Made by a program: the position numbers and the translations under genes. This document shows positions 19,273-22,455 of a DNA stretch of 22,455 nucleotides, piece after piece. Source of the stretch: Octopus sinensis. Its lineage: Eukaryota. The notes under the pieces were generated by a model that was given only the letters and a program-made list of their open reading frames with translations, was not told the DNA's origin and did not search any database. Within the stretch, counting starts at the first letter, position 1, and every line of letters begins with the position of its first letter. The DNA is taken from positions 1-22,455 of the forward strand of contig NW_021836796.1 in assembly GCF_006345805.1 (NCBI RefSeq), written 5' to 3'.

Positions 19273-19587
19273 TAGATATAATTTCTGCGCGTGCGCGCGC
19301 GTGTGTGTAAGTCTGTTTCTTTTTCGTTTTCGTGCGTGCGTCAGCATTTTTACAATATCTTTATGAGTAAAAAAAGCGCCCACACACACACATACACACA
19401 GACACAGAGATTTTGAGGTCAACAACGGTGAGAAACGAATGTCTGCCGACTGTTTCATGCTGTCTATTTATTTAAACAAACAGAGTGTGAAAACAAAAAA
19501 CCGAAAGCAATAAAACAGATTTTATATACGATGTAATATTGAACGGGATTATTAAACAATATAATAGCGTCAATTTGGGGCAGTTTT

Positions 19588-19698
19588 ATGTGTGAGCGTA
19601 AGCGTACGTACGTACATGCATACATAAATATATATATCTGTGTGTATGTGTGTGTTCATATATATATATATACACGTGTGTCTGTATGTATATATAAA

Positions 19699-19733
<35 letters not shown>

Positions 19734-20043
19734 GTGTGTCTGTATGTAGAAATATATGCATACAGATATATACATATATGTGTGTGCATGAATGTAGAAA
19801 TATATACATACATACATATATATATATATATACACATATATATATGTATGTGTATATATGTGTGTGTGTATGTAGACATATATATGCATGTATGTATATA
19901 TATGTGTGTGTATGTAGATAGATATATATATGTATGTGTGTATGTGTCTATAAATGTATGCGTGTGTATGTATGTGTATATATATGTGTGTGTGTGTATG
20001 TTAATATATATATATTTATGTGTGTATCTATAAATGTATGTGA

Positions 20044-20082
<39 letters not shown>
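19588..20082. repeat. Compound (TA/TG)n microsatellite with a recurring tgtatgtaga subunit
   Basis: Visible directly in the sequence. Confidence 0.9.
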
Positions 20083-20083
<1 letters not shown>

Positions 20084-20826
20084 TTATAATTATATCTGTG
20101 TCTCTGTATCTAACACCGTTTTTCATTTATTAATATTCTGTAGAACAAAGCCTGAGAAAAACAAGAGAAAAACATAAAAAATATGAAACACGTTAGCGAC
20201 ACCCTGTATAAAATACAAAAAGCAAAATTAATCCATAAAAAAAAATGTCTGCTTCACCTCATAATCACACACACACAACGCACGCGCACACATTTCACCT
20301 CCCACCCCTTCTCTACGATCCCGTCATGCTATGCTTGGGAACCTATGTCGTTGACGGCTTTCATTTACAATAAAGTTTCGTTAAGAGTTGTTATACATAT
20401 TTAATGTTCTTGAAAGATTGTGTCGGGAACGTTTCAGGGGTCAGGGAGGTGAGACAGCGACTTAATGAGTTTAGGGATTCTGTTTTCATGACACTGTCCC
20501 GACCAGAATTTGCCAGGTTCATGTCTTTCTATCTTTCCCGTTTATTTGATATTTTAATATATATATGTACACACATGTGTGTATTTATGTGTGAGATCTT
20601 GTTTTTATTTATTTGTTTATCTGGTTGTGTATGTTAATTAATTTATTTATTTATGCTGTGTTTGTTGTTTTGAATAATGTTATTGATTTCAGTTTTTTCA
20701 CTATTTTCCACTTGTGTCGATATGTGTCTGATTATATATATATATATATATATATATGCATATGCATACACATGTTTATATATGTGTGTATTTGAGTTTA
20801 AACATATATATAAATATATATATAAA

Positions 20827-20989
20827 GGCGCAGGAGTGGCTGTGTAGTATGTAGCTTGCTTACCAACCTCATGGTTCCGGGTTCATTCCCAATGCGTGGC
20901 ACCTTGGGAAAATGTCTTCTATTATAGCCTCGGGCCGAACAAAGCCTTGTGAGTGGAATTGGTTGACGGAAACTGAAAGAAGCCCGTCG

Positions 20990-20990
<1 letters not shown>
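20827..20990 (+). mobile_element. SINE family A 5' half ending in an expanded (TA)n(TG)n tract (to about 21072)
   Basis: ggcgcaggagtggctgtgtagtatgtagcttgcttaccaacc…aactgaaagaagcccgtcgt. Confidence 0.92.
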
Positions 20991-21073
<83 letters not shown>

Positions 21074-21209
21074 ATAAGAGCAGAAACACATAAACAAACA
21101 AGGTGGTCCTACCAGAAAATAATACCAACAGACAAAGAGACAATCGCCAACATGCGCATACTACTATTAACCAATGTTTACAGTTCATTCACTTCAGCTG
21201 GTGACTCGT

Positions 21210-22455
21210 CATTTTAGTCCTCGGGCCAGCAATCGATTCACAAAGACGATCACCACACAGGCAATTTACATTATTTGAATCAATATGGATACGAGCATGA
21301 CTTGTTGAACCAAGAAGTGACCTAACCGAGAAATCACAATTTGTACAATGGTGGCTGGCGGGAAGATTGTTCTTCTGTTGGTCTACTTTCCTAATTTTCT
21401 CTAATTGGTCTTGATGAAGGACCCTTTGTGTTTCAAAATTTTGAAGCTGCAAAAAACACTCTCTCCTTTAGTCTCCTTTAGTCTTATATTCACGCGTTTC
21501 AGATTATCTTTGAATTTGTCCTTCATTGTGTCTTGAATTTTCAAGCTGACTATAAAACATTTGTTTTTGCATTCGACCATTATTCAGGCGAAGGATGTGT
21601 CCACACCACAGCATTTGAGACTTAATTTTAAACGTTTCTACACCGGGTATTCCATATATTTCCAGGACAGTGCTATTCTTTACTCTATCATCCCATCTAA
21701 CCTTGCATATTAGCCTAAGACTTTCCGCATAAAAGCTTTTCATTTGACTGATGTGCTTACGATAAGGTATCTAGATCGTTTCTCCATGTAAAAATGTTGT
21801 TAGGATAACTGACGTATACACGTCTATTTTTGTCCTTACTGAGGCATCATGGGCATTCTAAAATCGATCATAAAACTACCAAGAAATTGTATTGGCCGCC
21901 TTTCCAATACGAGTTTGGACCTCCTTATCGAACTTAGCAACACTTGTTACTGTAGAACACAAAAATGTGAAAGCACCAACGGTTTTCAGAGCTTTGCTTT
22001 CAACAAATACGCTGGGTAAGATTTCTGGATTGTTACAACAGTTGAATCTTCTTTATTCTGATAGTTAAGCCAAAAGATCTTGCTGCTGCTGCAAATCTAT
22101 TAATGATGTGTTGCATATACTCGAATGTATGAGCAACTAGCGGGGCAATGAGCTGCAAACAGTTAAGTCTCTTATTGTCTGAAATGCAACCTTAGACCTT
22201 GTTTTGACGCACTGTTGGTTGAAGAGGCAACCCTCTGTCTATATACACCCCCTCTTCCATGAGAAAAGCATGATCCAACGTTACTGCAAGAAATAATGCA
22301 AATAATACTGGAATCAAAACACAGCCTTGTTTTTACCCTTTTTAACGTCAAAAGGCTGAAACTAACTCCCGTTTAACAGAACAAATACTTTCTTGTTCTT
22401 ATGAAGGGACACTATGACATTTAGCATTTGATCAGGAATCCCGAACTGAACTAAT
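21210..22455 (-). mobile_element. Decayed RTE-clade non-LTR retrotransposon (LINE) ORF2, 3' part: RT domain, thumb and C-terminal C2H2 finger; continues beyond the window
   Basis: Minus-strand pieces across stops and frameshifts are collinear with RTE/BovB-type ORF2: FGIPDQMLNVIVSLH; LIPVLFALFLAVTL; LFAAHC (from LFADDC, 22145-22162); INRFAAAARSFGLTI; FTFLCST…DKEVQTRIGKA; TKIDVYTSVILTTFLHGE; LRLICKVRWDDRVKNSTVLE…WCGHILRL…KQMFYSQL; CTNCDFSVRSLLGSTSHARIH. Confidence 0.93.

Noticed and set aside
20404-20637. 77-aa ORF in a non-repetitive island
   Set aside because: No recognisable domain or splice support; the 3' half is low complexity.
986-21217. Many ORFs rich in YI, CV, HT or RE dipeptides (up to 243 aa)
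   Set aside because: These are translations of dinucleotide microsatellites, which lack stop codons; there is no coding signal.
21504-21743. Active reverse transcriptase gene
   Set aside because: Multiple stops and frameshifts, and the catalytic FADD motif reads FAAH.

Overview
AT-rich, microsatellite-dense eukaryotic non-coding DNA (intergenic or intronic). From memory, the repeat landscape resembles an Octopus (coleoid cephalopod) genome; this is an inference and was not checked against a database. No host protein-coding gene can be supported, and almost all listed ORFs are translations of microsatellites or SINEs. The window holds about 12 copies or fragments of one tRNA-derived SINE (family A) and several other SINE families. 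It also holds a decayed RTE-clade LINE ORF2 (about 21210-22455, minus), a non-autonomous Helitron (15432-15815), two GGATC-terminated TIR elements carrying TTAGGG tracts, a four-unit ~285-bp satellite and a decayed tRNA-Val(TAC). The most notable signal is a set of minimal type I hammerhead-ribozyme motifs in Penelope-like retroelement remnants. One lies in a 286-bp insertion (12285-12570) with a 12-bp TSD and an 81-bp inverted duplication. Its core has the swapped G3-C8 pair (GUGAACA), and its predicted cleavage site coincides with the inversion boundary. Family labels A-E are my own, and element boundaries are approximate.
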